The notes beneath the pieces are model-generated. The model worked only from the letters and a program-made list of their open reading frames with translations. It ran no database searches and was not told where the DNA came from. The translations under genes and the position numbers were made by a program. From Nitrospirota bacterium (lineage in GTDB: Bacteria > Nitrospirota > UBA9217): a stretch of 64,000 nucleotides of DNA. The stretch spans positions 1,600,001-1,664,000 of the forward strand of contig CAVTRN010000002.1 in assembly GCA_963737155.1 (NCBI GenBank), given 5' to 3'. Shown piece after piece: positions 12,619-22,899 of this stretch. Within the stretch, counting starts at the first letter, position 1. Each line of letters begins with the position of its first letter.

Positions 12619-12664
12619 AATCACCTGGCACTGTTAAGCCCGACCAAGTGCAATAGGAGGAATC

Positions 12665-13774
12665 ATGAAAGCGACGAAACAACTGCATGATCTCGGTCAG
12701 AGCCTTTGGCTCGATAACATTACCCGCGGACTTCTAACAAAGGGTACTCTTCGCCGTTATATCGATGAACTTTCGGTGACGGGACTTACCTCTAACCCCA
12801 CGATCTATGACCATGCCGTTAAAAATACCGACTTCTACGACGAGGCCATCCGTCAAAAGGTGCGTGAGGGGAAGTCGGGGGAAGATCTATTTTTCGAACT
12901 TGCCTTGGAGGATCTGACCAAAGCTGCCGATCTCTTTCGGCCTATCTACGATGCAACTGATGGAGTTGACGGCTGGGTGTCCTTAGAGGTGTCACCGCTT
13001 CTTGCAAACGATAGGGCCAGCACGATTAAAGAAGCGATTGATCTTCACGGCAGAGCACAACGACCCAATCTCTTCATCAAAATTCCCGGCACCAGGGAAG
13101 GGGTTCCGGCAATTGAGGAGACGATCTTCAGGGGCGTGCCGATAAATGTTACGCTCTTGTTCTCACGGGAGCAGTACGTTGCCGCAGCCGAAGCATACAT
13201 GCGTGGAATCGAGCGGAGGATCGCAACCGGTCTCAGTCCGAAAGTCAGCTCAGTGGCATCGCTTTTCGTCAGCCGCTGGGACAAAGCGGTCGCGGAAAAG
13301 GTGCCAAAGGAGCTTCAGAACCGTCTCGGCATCGCCATTGCCAAACGGACCTACAAGGCCTACCGGGACCTGCTTGCCTCGCGTCGGTGGCGGAAACTTG
13401 ACGAAGCAGGAGCGCAGCCGCAGCGCCTCCTCTGGGCCAGCACCGGAACAAAAGACCCTAAGGCCTCAGATGTCTTTTACATCGAGGCTCTCGCGGCCCC
13501 GGACACCATCAACACGATCCCAACGGAGACATTGCTCGCCTTCTCCGATCACGGCAAAGTGGATAGCATGCTGCCGGTTGATGGCGGCGATGCTGAAGAG
13601 ATGCTCGCAGGATTCACGCAGGCAGGTGTGGACAATGCGGCGCTCGCCGTTGAGCTCCAGCGCGAGGGAACCTTATCTTTCGACAAATCATGGAACGAGC
13701 TGCTCGCTTCCATCTCGTCAAAGTACGACGTCCCCGGAAAAAAGACAACCCAAACAGGAGAAAAACGATTATGA
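12665..13774 (+). CDS. tal: Transaldolase
   Basis: GQSLWLD, TSNPTI, IKIPGT, NVTLLFS and RLLWAST motifs. Confidence 0.95.
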   Translation: MKATKQLHDLGQSLWLDNITRGLLTKGTLRRYIDELSVTGLTSNPTIYDHAVKNTDFYDEAIRQKVREGKSGEDLFFELALEDLTKAADLFRPIYDATDGVDGWVSLEVSPLLANDRASTIKEAIDLHGRAQRPNLFIKIPGTREGVPAIEETIFRGVPINVTLLFSREQYVAAAEAYMRGIERRIATGLSPKVSSVASLFVSRWDKAVAEKVPKELQNRLGIAIAKRTYKAYRDLLASRRWRKLDEAGAQPQRLLWASTGTKDPKASDVFYIEALAAPDTINTIPTETLLAFSDHGKVDSMLPVDGGDAEEMLAGFTQAGVDNAALAVELQREGTLSFDKSWNELLASISSKYDVPGKKTTQTGEKRL

Positions 13775-15426
13775 CATCGAGCGTAACACCCAAGACGCAC
13801 CCACTGAGGGAGCGGCCGTCATGGAAACGTCTTGAAGAGCATTATCAGGAGGTTCGCACTGTGCATCTGCGGTCCCTTTTCGCCCGCGATCCGCAACGCG
13901 GCGAGCGCCTTGTGGCGGAAGGCGCCGGAATGTATCTCGATTTTTCGAAGAATCGCATCACCGATGAGACGATCCAGCTGCTTGTCAAGCTTGCCGAGGA
14001 ATGCGGCCTCCGAGAGAACATCGATGCCATGTTCCACGGCAAAAAAATCAATATCACGGAGAATCGAGCTGTTCTTCACATAGCATTGCGGGCGCCCAAG
14101 AGCGAACATATTATAGTCGATGGCATAGATGTTGTGCCAGAGGTACATGCTGTTCTCGACAGGATGGCCGCATTCTCAGATCAGGTTCGCAGCGGCCAGT
14201 GGCGTGGGTACAGTGGAAAGCCCATCAGGAACATTATTAACATTGGCATCGGAGGGTCCGATCTTGGGCCTGTCATGGCTTACGAGGCGCTCAAGCACTA
14301 CAGCAAGCGGGATATGACCTTCCGTTTCATTTCGAACGTGGATGGGACGGATTTTGAGGAGGCTACGCGCGATCTCAACCAGGAGGAGACGCTGTTCATC
14401 ATTTCTTCGAAGACCTTCACGACCCTCGAGACGATGACCAATGCCCATACCGCGCGCGCGTGGTCGCTGAAAGCGCTGCATTCCGAAAAGTCCGTAGCCC
14501 GACACTTCGTTGCCGTCTCGACGAACGTAGAAGAGGTAGCGAAGTTCGGCATCGACACGGAGAACATGTTCGGTTTCTGGGACTGGGTTGGCGGCCGCTA
14601 CTCGATGGACTCCGCCATCGGCCTTTCGACCATGATTGCCGTCGGACCTGAGAATTTCCATGCGATGCTCGCCGGTTTCCATTCGATGGACGAGCACTTC
14701 CGCACTGCTCCGTTCGATAGGAACCTGCCGGCGCTCATGGGGCTCCTGTTGGTATGGTACAACAACTTCTTCGGCGCGCAGACAGTGGCCGTCTTGCCTT
14801 ACGACCAGTACCTCAAACGCTTTCCCGCCTATCTTCAGCAGTTGACCATGGAGAGCAATGGAAAGCATGTTACGCTTGACGGCGTGCGTATAAATTACGA
14901 GGCCGGACCTATTTTCTGGGGCGAACCGGGCACCAACGGCCAGCATTCGTTCTACCAGCTTATCCACCAAGGGACCAAACTAATTCCCTGCGATTTTATC
15001 GGGTTCTGTAAGACATTGAACCCATTGGGCCGTCATCATGATCTGCTTATTGCAAACGTCTTCGCGCAGACAGAAGCATTGGCTTTCGGCAAGACAGAGG
15101 ATGAAGTTAAGGCAGAGGGGATATCGGACTGGCTCGTACCGCACCGAACCTTTGAGGGTAACCGCCCATCGAACACGATCCTGGGCGAAGAGCTGACTCC
15201 GCAAACGCTCGGCAAGTTAGTGGCCCTTTATGAGCACAGTGTTTTCACTCAAGGGACGATCTGGCACATTGATTCATTCGACCAGTGGGGAGTCGAGCTG
15301 GGAAAGGTGCTTGCAACGCGGATCATTCCTGAACTGGAAAGCGGCAACGAGCCGCAGCTCAAGCACGACAGTTCAACCAACGCGCTCATTCGGCGCTACC
15401 GCCGGCTCAAGAAAGATCGCCTATGA
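13771..15426 (+). CDS. pgi: Glucose-6-phosphate isomerase
   Basis: [33 protein letters not shown] and DQWGVELGK motifs. Start ATG overlaps the tal stop. Confidence 0.96.
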   Translation: MTSSVTPKTHPLRERPSWKRLEEHYQEVRTVHLRSLFARDPQRGERLVAEGAGMYLDFSKNRITDETIQLLVKLAEECGLRENIDAMFHGKKINITENRAVLHIALRAPKSEHIIVDGIDVVPEVHAVLDRMAAFSDQVRSGQWRGYSGKPIRNIINIGIGGSDLGPVMAYEALKHYSKRDMTFRFISNVDGTDFEEATRDLNQEETLFIISSKTFTTLETMTNAHTARAWSLKALHSEKSVARHFVAVSTNVEEVAKFGIDTENMFGFWDWVGGRYSMDSAIGLSTMIAVGPENFHAMLAGFHSMDEHFRTAPFDRNLPALMGLLLVWYNNFFGAQTVAVLPYDQYLKRFPAYLQQLTMESNGKHVTLDGVRINYEAGPIFWGEPGTNGQHSFYQLIHQGTKLIPCDFIGFCKTLNPLGRHHDLLIANVFAQTEALAFGKTEDEVKAEGISDWLVPHRTFEGNRPSNTILGEELTPQTLGKLVALYEHSVFTQGTIWHIDSFDQWGVELGKVLATRIIPELESGNEPQLKHDSSTNALIRRYRRLKKDRL

Positions 15427-15532
15427 ACGTTGACCACGAGTTAGCACCGCCATCTTGCCAGGCCAACTCCGCCTTGATCTTAATTGCCACCAGTTGCCTG
15501 CCAACGAGCGTTGTCCATGTTGGGAGGGACCT

Positions 15533-16033
15533 ATGATTGATCCGGCGACAGCATTCCCAGGAACGCGCAAACGCATCGGGATCGCCGCCGATCATGGAGG
15601 ATTCGAATTAAAGGAGCAGTTGGCGAAAATATTGCGCGAGACCGGTTACGAAGCCGTTGACTTTGGCGCTCGCCAGCTAAAGCCGGACGACGACTATCCC
15701 GATTTTGTTGTGCCCCTGGCCCGAGCTATCGCGAGTGGGGAGGTCATTCGCGGTGTGGCCATTTGCGGCAGCGGCGTGGGGGCCTGCATAGTCGCCAATA
15801 AGGTGCCGGGCGTGCGGGCATGTTTGATTCATGAGACGTTTTCCGCCCGGCAAGGCGTGGAAGACGACGATATGAACATGATTTCTCTTGGCGGGCGCGT
15901 GGTCGGACTAAAATTCGCTTGGGACCTGGTTAAAACATTTCTCGATGCGCAATTCAGCGGAGCCGTGCGACATCGCCGACGTCTAGCCAAGATCGCGGGG
16001 TTGGAAAATGAGAAAATAGGAACCCGTCAATGA
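15533..16033 (+). CDS. rpiB: Ribose-5-phosphate isomerase B
   Basis: IAADHGG, DYPD, ICGSGVG, ANKVPGVRA and RHRRR motifs. Confidence 0.92.
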   Translation: MIDPATAFPGTRKRIGIAADHGGFELKEQLAKILRETGYEAVDFGARQLKPDDDYPDFVVPLARAIASGEVIRGVAICGSGVGACIVANKVPGVRACLIHETFSARQGVEDDDMNMISLGGRVVGLKFAWDLVKTFLDAQFSGAVRHRRRLAKIAGLENEKIGTRQ

Positions 16034-16283
16034 ACGCCTGTGGCCACAAAATCCTCAGATGGCATCAAAGAAAAAGTTCTGGCTCGTTGACCAATCTAGC
16101 CGGGGTACAAAATCACGGGTCGGTGCCGTATCCATTTGGACGATTTTGTCAAAGTATAGCCCGCACTCGATACGGCCGTAAAAGCGACCTTGGAATCGCA
16201 ACGATTACTGAAAGTAAAGTTTGCTAGCCTGGAAATGCAGCGAATGTGATGACAATATCAAAATAGTTTCTGAGGATATGACC

Positions 16284-17664
16284 ATGAAAACCAGTCCATT
16301 GGCGGGCAAACTCGCAGAGCCATCGATACTGGCCAGCGTGCCCAAGCTTGTCACGGCCTACTACAATGAAGTGCCCGTTCTCGAGGTCGCTGGGTACCAC
16401 GTCGTGTTTGGCACCTCAGGGCATCGCGGTTCTTCCTTCGAAAAAACTTTCAACGAGTGGCACATCCTTGACATCGATCAGGCCATTTGTCTGTACCGCA
16501 AACAGAATAAGATAGATGCCCCCCTCTTCCTCGAAATAGACACGCACGCGCTCTCCATCCCGGCATTTTCCAGCGCACTTGAGGTCCTGGCGGCCAACAA
16601 AATGGATGTCATGATAGCGGAAGGGGATGAATATACGCCGACCCAGGTAGTCTCCCACGCGATTCGCACTTACAATCATGGTCGCAGGACAGGACTTGCC
16701 GGCGGCATCGTGATCACCTCCTCGCATAACCCGCCCGACAACGGCGGCTTTAAATACAACCCTCCGAACGGCGGGCCCGCTGAACCTCAGGTTACGAGTT
16801 AGATCGAGGCGAAGGCGAATGAGTTAATGAAGGACAGTCTGACGGGTGTGAAAAGGATTCCTTTCGAGAAAGCGCTTCGCGCAGACACAACACACCGTTA
16901 TGACTACCTCAATGCTTATGTAAACAATCTGGGTAATGTGATCGACATGGAGGCCATTCGCGACGCGAAGATTAGCATGGGCGTAGACTCGCTCGGCGGA
17001 GCCGGAGTTCACTACTGGGGACCCATTACCGAGCGTTACGGCTTGAATCTCACGGTCGTTAATAACACCATCGATCCGACGTTTCGTTTCATGACGACTG
17101 ATTGGGACGGCAAGATCCGAATGGATCCCTCCTCACCCTATGCGATGCAGCGATTGATTGGCCTGAAGGACCGTTTCGACATCGCCTTCGCCAGCGACAC
17201 CGATGTCGATAGGCACGGGATCGTCACCAGGAGTACGGGTCTGCTTCCGTCCAGCGCGGATGGGGCGCGACCCCGGTGAGATCTACCGTGAGTTCACCAG
17301 CAAATTCGGCGAGTCTGTCTAAGACCGGGTCGAGGCACCGTCCACTCCGGAGCAAAACCTGTTGTCGAAACTCTCACCCAAACAGGTTAAGCTCGCCGAA
17401 CTGGCGGGCGAGAAGATCCAGTCTGTTCTCTCCCACGCGCCGGGCAAAGACGCTTCCATCGGCGGGTTGAAGGTACTAGCCGAAAGCGGATGGTTCGTGG
17501 CGCGTCCTTCAGGGACCGAGAGTATTTAAAAGATCTATGCAGAAAGCTTTCGAGGAATCGATCATCTGCGCCGTATCCTGGCGGAAGCGCAGACGATCGT
17601 CAACGATGCATTAGCCGCGGCGCCACAGCTGCAAAATAAAAAACATTTGGAGGGAAAACCATGA
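16284..17664 (+). pseudogene. pgm: Phosphoglucomutase (alpha-D-glucose phosphate-specific), inactivated
   Basis: FGTSGHRG, TSSHNPP, D.D.DR and ARPSGTE motifs. In-frame TAG at 16800-16802, an internal deletion with frameshift near 17250, and two further in-frame TAA codons in the C-terminal part. Confidence 0.9.
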
Positions 17665-18176
17665 AAAAGCAAAAAGGGACAGCCACAAATTTAGAAACCT
17701 TGATGGACATGCTGGCAAACAAGGACGGCGTGATCCGACAGAAAGCACGGGAAGCGTTGGTAGCTTTGGGCAAGCCCGCCGTATCTTCCCTCACCCAAGC
17801 GTTGCAGAATTCCAAACTGGATCAAGTTCGCTGGGAAGCAGCCAAAGCGCTCGGAAGTATCAGCGATACCCGATCAATGCCATCGTTGGTGAAAGCACTC
17901 GAAGATGGCAACCCCGACGTGGCATGGGCGGCTGCAGACGCATTGAAAACTTTCCAAAAGGGCGCCTGGCCACCATTATTACAGGCGTTGATCAAAGGTG
18001 AGTCGGATTCCGTAGGATTGCGCAAGGGGGTGCACCGTGTTTTGGTGGGCCAGAAAGAGGATGGTTTCAACGATCTTCTTGCAAAACTCCTACAGGCTTT
18101 AGAATCCAGCTCCGCTCCGGAATCGTCGGCAGTTGCTGCCCATGAAATTCTTAAAAGAATGAAGGCAAATGCATGA
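17661..18176 (+). CDS. HEAT-repeat (PBS lyase-like) protein
   Basis: Repeats IRQKAREAL / VRWEAAKALG / VAWAAADAL; GGAGG RBS. Confidence 0.85.
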   Translation: MKKQKGTATNLETLMDMLANKDGVIRQKAREALVALGKPAVSSLTQALQNSKLDQVRWEAAKALGSISDTRSMPSLVKALEDGNPDVAWAAADALKTFQKGAWPPLLQALIKGESDSVGLRKGVHRVLVGQKEDGFNDLLAKLLQALESSSAPESSAVAAHEILKRMKANA

Positions 18177-18239
18177 ACACTAATTCACGCGCCAGCAGCA
18201 GCCAGGGATTTCATTCAAACCAAAATTGAAGGAAAAACT

Positions 18240-18455
18240 ATGAACAATAAAAAAAGAGTGAGCGGTCCGATCTACGCTTTATTCCCCGCCGAAGTCGAGG
18301 GATTCGATTCCCTTGCCGAGTTGGCGCTGGACATGTACTGGTATTGGAATCATTCTGCCGACGAACTATGGAAACAGCTTGATCCCGCACTGTGGGAACT
18401 CACCTATCTATTCGTTCCTCTATGTCGGATATTAAAAGTAAGTAGTTTTATGTGA
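18240..18455 (+). pseudogene. glgP: Truncated N-terminus of glycogen/alpha-glucan phosphorylase
   Basis: LAELALDMYWYWNHSADELWKQLDPALWELT matches the GlgP N-terminus. Similarity stops at ~18404, where AT-rich DNA begins. Confidence 0.8.
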
Positions 18456-18487
18456 TATCTTTCTTGGTGTTAGTCGAAAGTGGGGCG

Positions 18488-18516
18488 AGTATAGGACAGG
18501 CTAGAAAGATTTTCAA
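18488..18516 (-). promoter_or_regulatory. Orphan sigma70-like promoter
   Basis: TTGAAA-17 nt-TATACT on the minus strand; no intact gene downstream. Confidence 0.5.
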
Positions 18517-18544
18517 GGAGCGTGAAAATTTCTAATCATTTTCA

Positions 18545-18586
18545 AATACAGTCAAAAGCAGTAAAACAGCATAAAAAGTATCCAGC
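18545..18586. repeat. Direct repeat copy 1 (42 bp, 36-bp perfect core)
   Basis: AATAC(A/T)GTCAAAAGCAGTAAAACAGCATAAAAAGTATCCAGC, also present at 19753-19794. Confidence 0.9.
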
Positions 18587-18640
18587 AAAAATACGGCTTA
18601 ACAGACGGTTAAAAAGAAACTAAAAAAAGGGATAAGGATT

Positions 18641-19738
18641 ATGATTAATAAATGCTTTTCCCGTACTATTATTTATTTACTATTTATCATGGTTGCATTG
18701 ATTCGCATAGTCGCTGCAGGAGATGAACCACCATTGAAGGCATCTGAACAATGGAGAAAAGATTTGGAACGACTGGTTATACTCTCCAGAATTGTTGCTG
18801 ATAAACCTTCTTTGCTAAGTCAAAAGCCTTCAACTCAACAAATTCCTGACTTAGCGGCCGAACCCTTTTGTTGTTTATCGCCTGATTTGAGTGAATGCTT
18901 ATTATCCCAAATATCTATTGTGCTCTTGCAAATAACAACAGATACTACAAATATATTCGGTGCAACACAAGGAGCAGCGGTTAAAATAACCTTTGGTAGG
19001 GCAACAGATGTATGGACTGAAAAAGACATTTCAAATAATTGGGATACCCTGCAGAAATGGACAAATGTATTGGGTCCAGCGGCCGTAGTTGTAGGCGCAT
19101 TACTGATATCTCAGCATAGAGAAGGCAGTGCTTATCGTTTGGGAGAAGAGATTGTTGGAAGCGGCGCTGCATTGATAATAGTAGGTGATTTGGGTACGTT
19201 AGGCCAACTGTTTGGTGGCGTCAGTTCTAAACAGAGAGCAAAGGCTGCAATAAGAACGATTAATACATTGCAAGATATTGAAACGTCAAGGCAAACATAC
19301 GAAGACTCGCAACTTATTTATGGTTTTTTAGATAATTATAGTAATAAATCTAAAAAGCTTTTAAATACAATATTATCTTTATCAAACGATGCTAAAGCCT
19401 TAAGTAGTGTAGCTCCTTCTCCCGATAAATCGAAGAGGATTGTGGAGCTATGTGATAAAACGAGAGAGGTAGTAAGTGACTTTAAAGAGACTGCCGGCTT
19501 TACAGAAGATTATGCAAATCAACTACTGATTCTTTATAAAAAATACCATGACGAAGTTTCTTCACCTGAAGATAAGTCAAAAATTGAGGATGCACTGCAA
19601 AGCGTGAATAATTTTAATGCTAAATATGATGAGGTAATTGTTCCTTATTTGCAAAGCGTACCTGAAGTAATTGAAGCAATGCAAAATATAAAGGCAGCTT
19701 TCATCGCAAACAGCATTGCTGATAAACATTACTTCTAA
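18641..19738 (+). CDS. AT-rich hypothetical exported or membrane protein
   Basis: 365 aa ORF with a signal-peptide-like N-terminus, two central hydrophobic Gly/Ala-rich segments and a long helical C-terminus; AAGGA RBS. Confidence 0.75.
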   Translation: MINKCFSRTIIYLLFIMVALIRIVAAGDEPPLKASEQWRKDLERLVILSRIVADKPSLLSQKPSTQQIPDLAAEPFCCLSPDLSECLLSQISIVLLQITTDTTNIFGATQGAAVKITFGRATDVWTEKDISNNWDTLQKWTNVLGPAAVVVGALLISQHREGSAYRLGEEIVGSGAALIIVGDLGTLGQLFGGVSSKQRAKAAIRTINTLQDIETSRQTYEDSQLIYGFLDNYSNKSKKLLNTILSLSNDAKALSSVAPSPDKSKRIVELCDKTREVVSDFKETAGFTEDYANQLLILYKKYHDEVSSPEDKSKIEDALQSVNNFNAKYDEVIVPYLQSVPEVIEAMQNIKAAFIANSIADKHYF

Positions 19739-19752
19739 CCGTTTTCTAACGT

Positions 19753-19794
19753 AATACTGTCAAAAGCAGTAAAACAGCATAAAAAGTATCCAGC
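19753..19794. repeat. Direct repeat copy 2
   Basis: Matches 18545-18586 with one mismatch. Confidence 0.9.
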
Positions 19795-19903
19795 TATAAA
19801 ATCACTTAACAAAGCGTTTTCTGAATGTTATTTTACATTGTTTGACGATGATATGCGGATTTGATCAACTCACTGACTGAAGGTCAAAGAATACATTAAC
19901 GAG

Positions 19904-19939
19904 GGGTTACGGAGAACATCCGTAGCCCTTTATTTTTTT
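19904..19939 (+). terminator. Intrinsic terminator
   Basis: GGGTTACGGA-gaaca-TCCGTAGCCC followed by TTTATTTTTTT. Confidence 0.7.
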
Positions 19940-19945
19940 CATGTT

Positions 19946-20698
19946 GTCGTGCGGAAAGTTGGGCGAGTCGTTCAGCGCATTCGTATTGTCGGGGCGCTAA
20001 CGAATCTGGGGTATACGGTTAGTGATCAGACGGTGGGAAACATCTTAAAACGGCACGACCTGGCGTCCGCCCCGGAGCGGAAGAAGACGACAACTTGGAA
20101 AGGGGTTTATCCGCACCCATTGGGACTTACTTCCGGCAACTGATTATTTCACCGCGGAAGTGTGGACCGCTTGCGGCTTGACAACCTATTACATCCTCTT
20201 TTTCATCCGGCTCAGTACGAGAGAAACCCATGTGGCTGGTATATCACCACACCCAAATCAAGGCTGGATGACACAGATTGCCCGGAATATTACTGTGGAT
20301 GGGGCTTTCTCGCTCCAGGACAATCGTTGATCCACGACCGGAATGGGAAGTTTTGCGTATCCTTTCAGAAGACACTTGAAGGAGGAGGAGTCAGAAGCAT
20401 CACCCTTCCTCCCCGTAGCCCGAATTTAAATGCTTACGTGGAAAGATGGGTAAAATCGGTCAAGGAGGGGTGTTTGTCAAACGTAATTCTCTTCGAAGAA
20501 AGAGCTCTTCGGCGCGCGATAGCAGAGTATGTCGAGCACTACTATCAGGAGCGCAACCACCAGGGAAGAGGCAATGTATTGTTTTTCCTTCTCCACGATC
20601 GGGACAAAAGCACGATCATCCTATTCAATGTCGAGAGAGGCTCGGTGGGCTGCTTAAATATTACGACCAGAAGGCCGCATGAGTTTTTTACCATACGG
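19946..20698 (+). mobile_element. Degenerate IS with rve/integrase-core transposase remnant (internally deleted, frameshifted)
   Basis: RIVGALTNLGYTVSDQTVGNILKRH, IHDRNGKF, LPPRSPNLNAYVERWVKSVK, HYYQERNHQG and RERLGGLLKYY are spread over several frames. Ends GTCGTGCGGAAA...TTTTACCATACGG. Confidence 0.8.
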
Positions 20699-20705
20699 GC
20701 ACCTC

Positions 20706-20734
20706 TTGATAATAAAGCTAAAAAATGCTATTAT
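20706..20734 (+). promoter_or_regulatory. sigma70 promoter of the TA operon
   Basis: TTGATA-17 nt-TATTAT. Confidence 0.55.
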
Positions 20735-20764
20735 TATTGCAATTGTTGAGAAAGGAGATAACTC

Positions 20765-20986
20765 ATGAGAGTTAAAGACCTTCGCGAAATCTCTACCCTG
20801 AGCACACCTGAGAAGATCTTGTTGGTCGAAGATCTTTGGGACAACATCTCTTCGGACGAATCTTCCGTTATTGTGCCGGAGAGTCACAAGGGCGAACTGG
20901 ATAAACGGTTCAAGCAGTATCAATCTGCGCCTGGCACCCTCCTGTCTCTTGATGACCTTAGAGCAAGAATAGAAAACAGAAAATGA
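20765..20986 (+). CDS. Addiction module antitoxin (putative)
   Basis: LSTPEKILLVEDLWDNI...HKGELDKR pattern; 73 aa; overlaps the toxin start. Confidence 0.85.
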   Translation: MRVKDLREISTLSTPEKILLVEDLWDNISSDESSVIVPESHKGELDKRFKQYQSAPGTLLSLDDLRARIENRK

Positions 20987-21294
20987 AGTATAGTCTTAGT
21001 TTTCTGCCTGAAGTCGAGGATGATGTTATCAGCGGCTTTTCGTGGTATGAAGCGAAATCGCCGGGACTTGGCGAAGAGTTTCTTCGAATGTTTTATGCGT
21101 GCGCCAGTGATATTCCCCGTAACCCCTTCCTTTACCAAAAAATTCATAACGATTTCAGACGTTGTTTGCTCAGGCGCTTTCCTTACGCCATCTATTTCAT
21201 AATTAACAACGATCATATTATCATAACTGGCCTATTCCACTGTGCGCGTGATCCCTGCGCTGTTGAATCAAAGATGCGGATTCGAAAAGAGTGA
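20983..21294 (+). CDS. RelE/ParE-family toxin
   Basis: WYEAKSPGLGEEF...RRCLLRRFPYAIYF...FHCARDP. Confidence 0.88.
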   Translation: MKYSLSFLPEVEDDVISGFSWYEAKSPGLGEEFLRMFYACASDIPRNPFLYQKIHNDFRRCLLRRFPYAIYFIINNDHIIITGLFHCARDPCAVESKMRIRKE

Positions 21295-21695
21295 ATCAAG
21301 AACAAATCGCTTACAACGATTGCTTCGCGGCGAGTGCAATATTGCTGGTATCGAAATTAGCACTATGTTTTAGGCAGAATTCACATTAGCGGATTATCAA
21401 GTTTCAGGATGAATTTTTGTAAAATTCACTGTTTAACAAGCTTTATTAGCACTATAGTTTTGTTTTATTTGGATTCATTGTTGCCCATACGGAATCAGGC
21501 GGATTTATGTCGGTCCAAGCGGACGGAATGCAGTGATAATCGCTCATTTTGTCATTGAAGCTTACCCGGTATTCTCCCCAGTTCAGCTTATGGACGATGA
21601 GGGTATATTCTCTATTTATCAGAGGATGTAAGGGATGGGTAATACGGATAGTTTGTTCTTATCGCTTGGATTAGGTACAGTAGAAAACCCATGAG

Positions 21696-21967
21696 AATGT
21701 TTATGCCGAAAGATGTGTAAGATCTGTCAAGGAAGAGTGCCTGTCAAACGTAATTCTCTTTGGAGAAAGAGCTCTTCGGCGCGCGATAGCAGAGTATATC
21801 GAGCACTACCATCAGGAGCGCAATCACCAGGGAAGAGGCAATGTATTGCTTTTCCCTTCTCCACGATCGGGACAAAAGCACGATTATCCTATTCAATGTC
21901 GAGAAAGGCTTGGTGGGCTACTTAAATATTACTACTAGAGGCCGCATGAGTTTTTTTACCATACGAC
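21696..21967 (+). mobile_element. Second copy of the 3' end of the same integrase-core IS
   Basis: Clear nucleotide similarity to 20429-20697, including the terminal GAGTTTTTTTACCATACG. Confidence 0.8.
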
Positions 21968-22107
21968 GTTGTTTCCTACTGTGCTTTATTTTAAAAACAA
22001 TAGGGAACCTTCGACCTGTGCTGTAGACAGGTTACGTGTTTCAGTAAATCAAACTCAGAAACGATGTCCCCGTTTTTCCATCCTCATTCAGACGGCGAAA
22101 ACCCCTG

Positions 22108-22521
22108 TTAGGGACAATCTCCAATCTTCTTCCCCTTCATGTTCATTGCAGAATGGCTCTTGTTCGCATCTAACTGCATAGTCATGACAGACTCGTAGGA
22201 GTCCCCCGAAAACACGGTTTCGCCGCTGAACATGCCAGCATTCTTGCCAGTGCATTTCGTCTTCCAACTCACCTTGTTGCCGGACTTCTTGAAATCGATT
22301 ATGGTACAGTTCTTGTCTCTGTTGATCATATTCTTTTGATCTTTGACTTCTTCTTTCGTGTAGCAGTGTTTGATTGTAGTCGGGGGCATCTCCATTGGCA
22401 TGCCCGGCATTTCCATTTTAGTTGTAATCTCCCACATTCCCTCCCGGATGCCATCGGCAGCCAGAATCGTAGTAGGCAGAGAAACCAAGACGAAAACTGC
22501 AAACATATGTTTCAATTTCAT
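22108..22521 (-). CDS. DUF3617-like exported protein
   Basis: Signal peptide, G.WEITTKMEMPGMP, four Cys, ends GKKIGDCP; GGAGG RBS. Confidence 0.8.
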   Translation of the reverse strand: MKLKHMFAVFVLVSLPTTILAADGIREGMWEITTKMEMPGMPMEMPPTTIKHCYTKEEVKDQKNMINRDKNCTIIDFKKSGNKVSWKTKCTGKNAGMFSGETVFSGDSYESVMTMQLDANKSHSAMNMKGKKIGDCP

Positions 22522-22796
22522 AATTACTACCCTCCTTTTGTCTGTGATCAATTTTGATAGTTTACGGCTCCCCAGCCCTAACAAATGACCACATAAAGCA
22601 GTTGTGATTGCAATTCTCAGTTGTTTTCTATTATATCTAACCAGTTATCAGATAAAGAGGCAACTGCCTTGATAATCACGAATAAACGATACTCTGCCGG
22701 TAATTGATGTAAAGCCGGAGCAAATGCCGCAGGTGAAGCCCGTCGTATGATTTTTTTGTGTTATATCGTTGAAGTTCTAAAAATGGAATGCTTGCG

Positions 22797-22818
22797 ACCG
22801 TTACAAAAACCGTTACAA
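22797..22818. repeat. Tandem 10-bp repeat, candidate integrase arm-type sites
   Basis: ACCGTTACAA twice with a 12-bp period, about 80 bp from the selC fragment. Confidence 0.55.
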
Positions 22819-22899
22819 TTTTGGTTTTTGAGGGGAAAAGTCAAAAGTTAAGTATATGATAATTTATGTTAATATTGCAATTTTTAAGATTTTAAACAG

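Noticed and set aside
16800-16802. TAG in pgm as pyrrolysine or programmed readthrough
   Set aside because: Additional TAA stops and an internal deletion show ordinary pseudogenisation.
18545-19794. 36-bp repeats as a CRISPR array
   Set aside because: Only two copies, 1.2 kb apart with a whole gene between them, and no cas genes.
19901-19914. GAGGGGTTACGGAG similarity to the selC 5' end
   Set aside because: Short match on the opposite strand, fully explained as one arm of a terminator hairpin.
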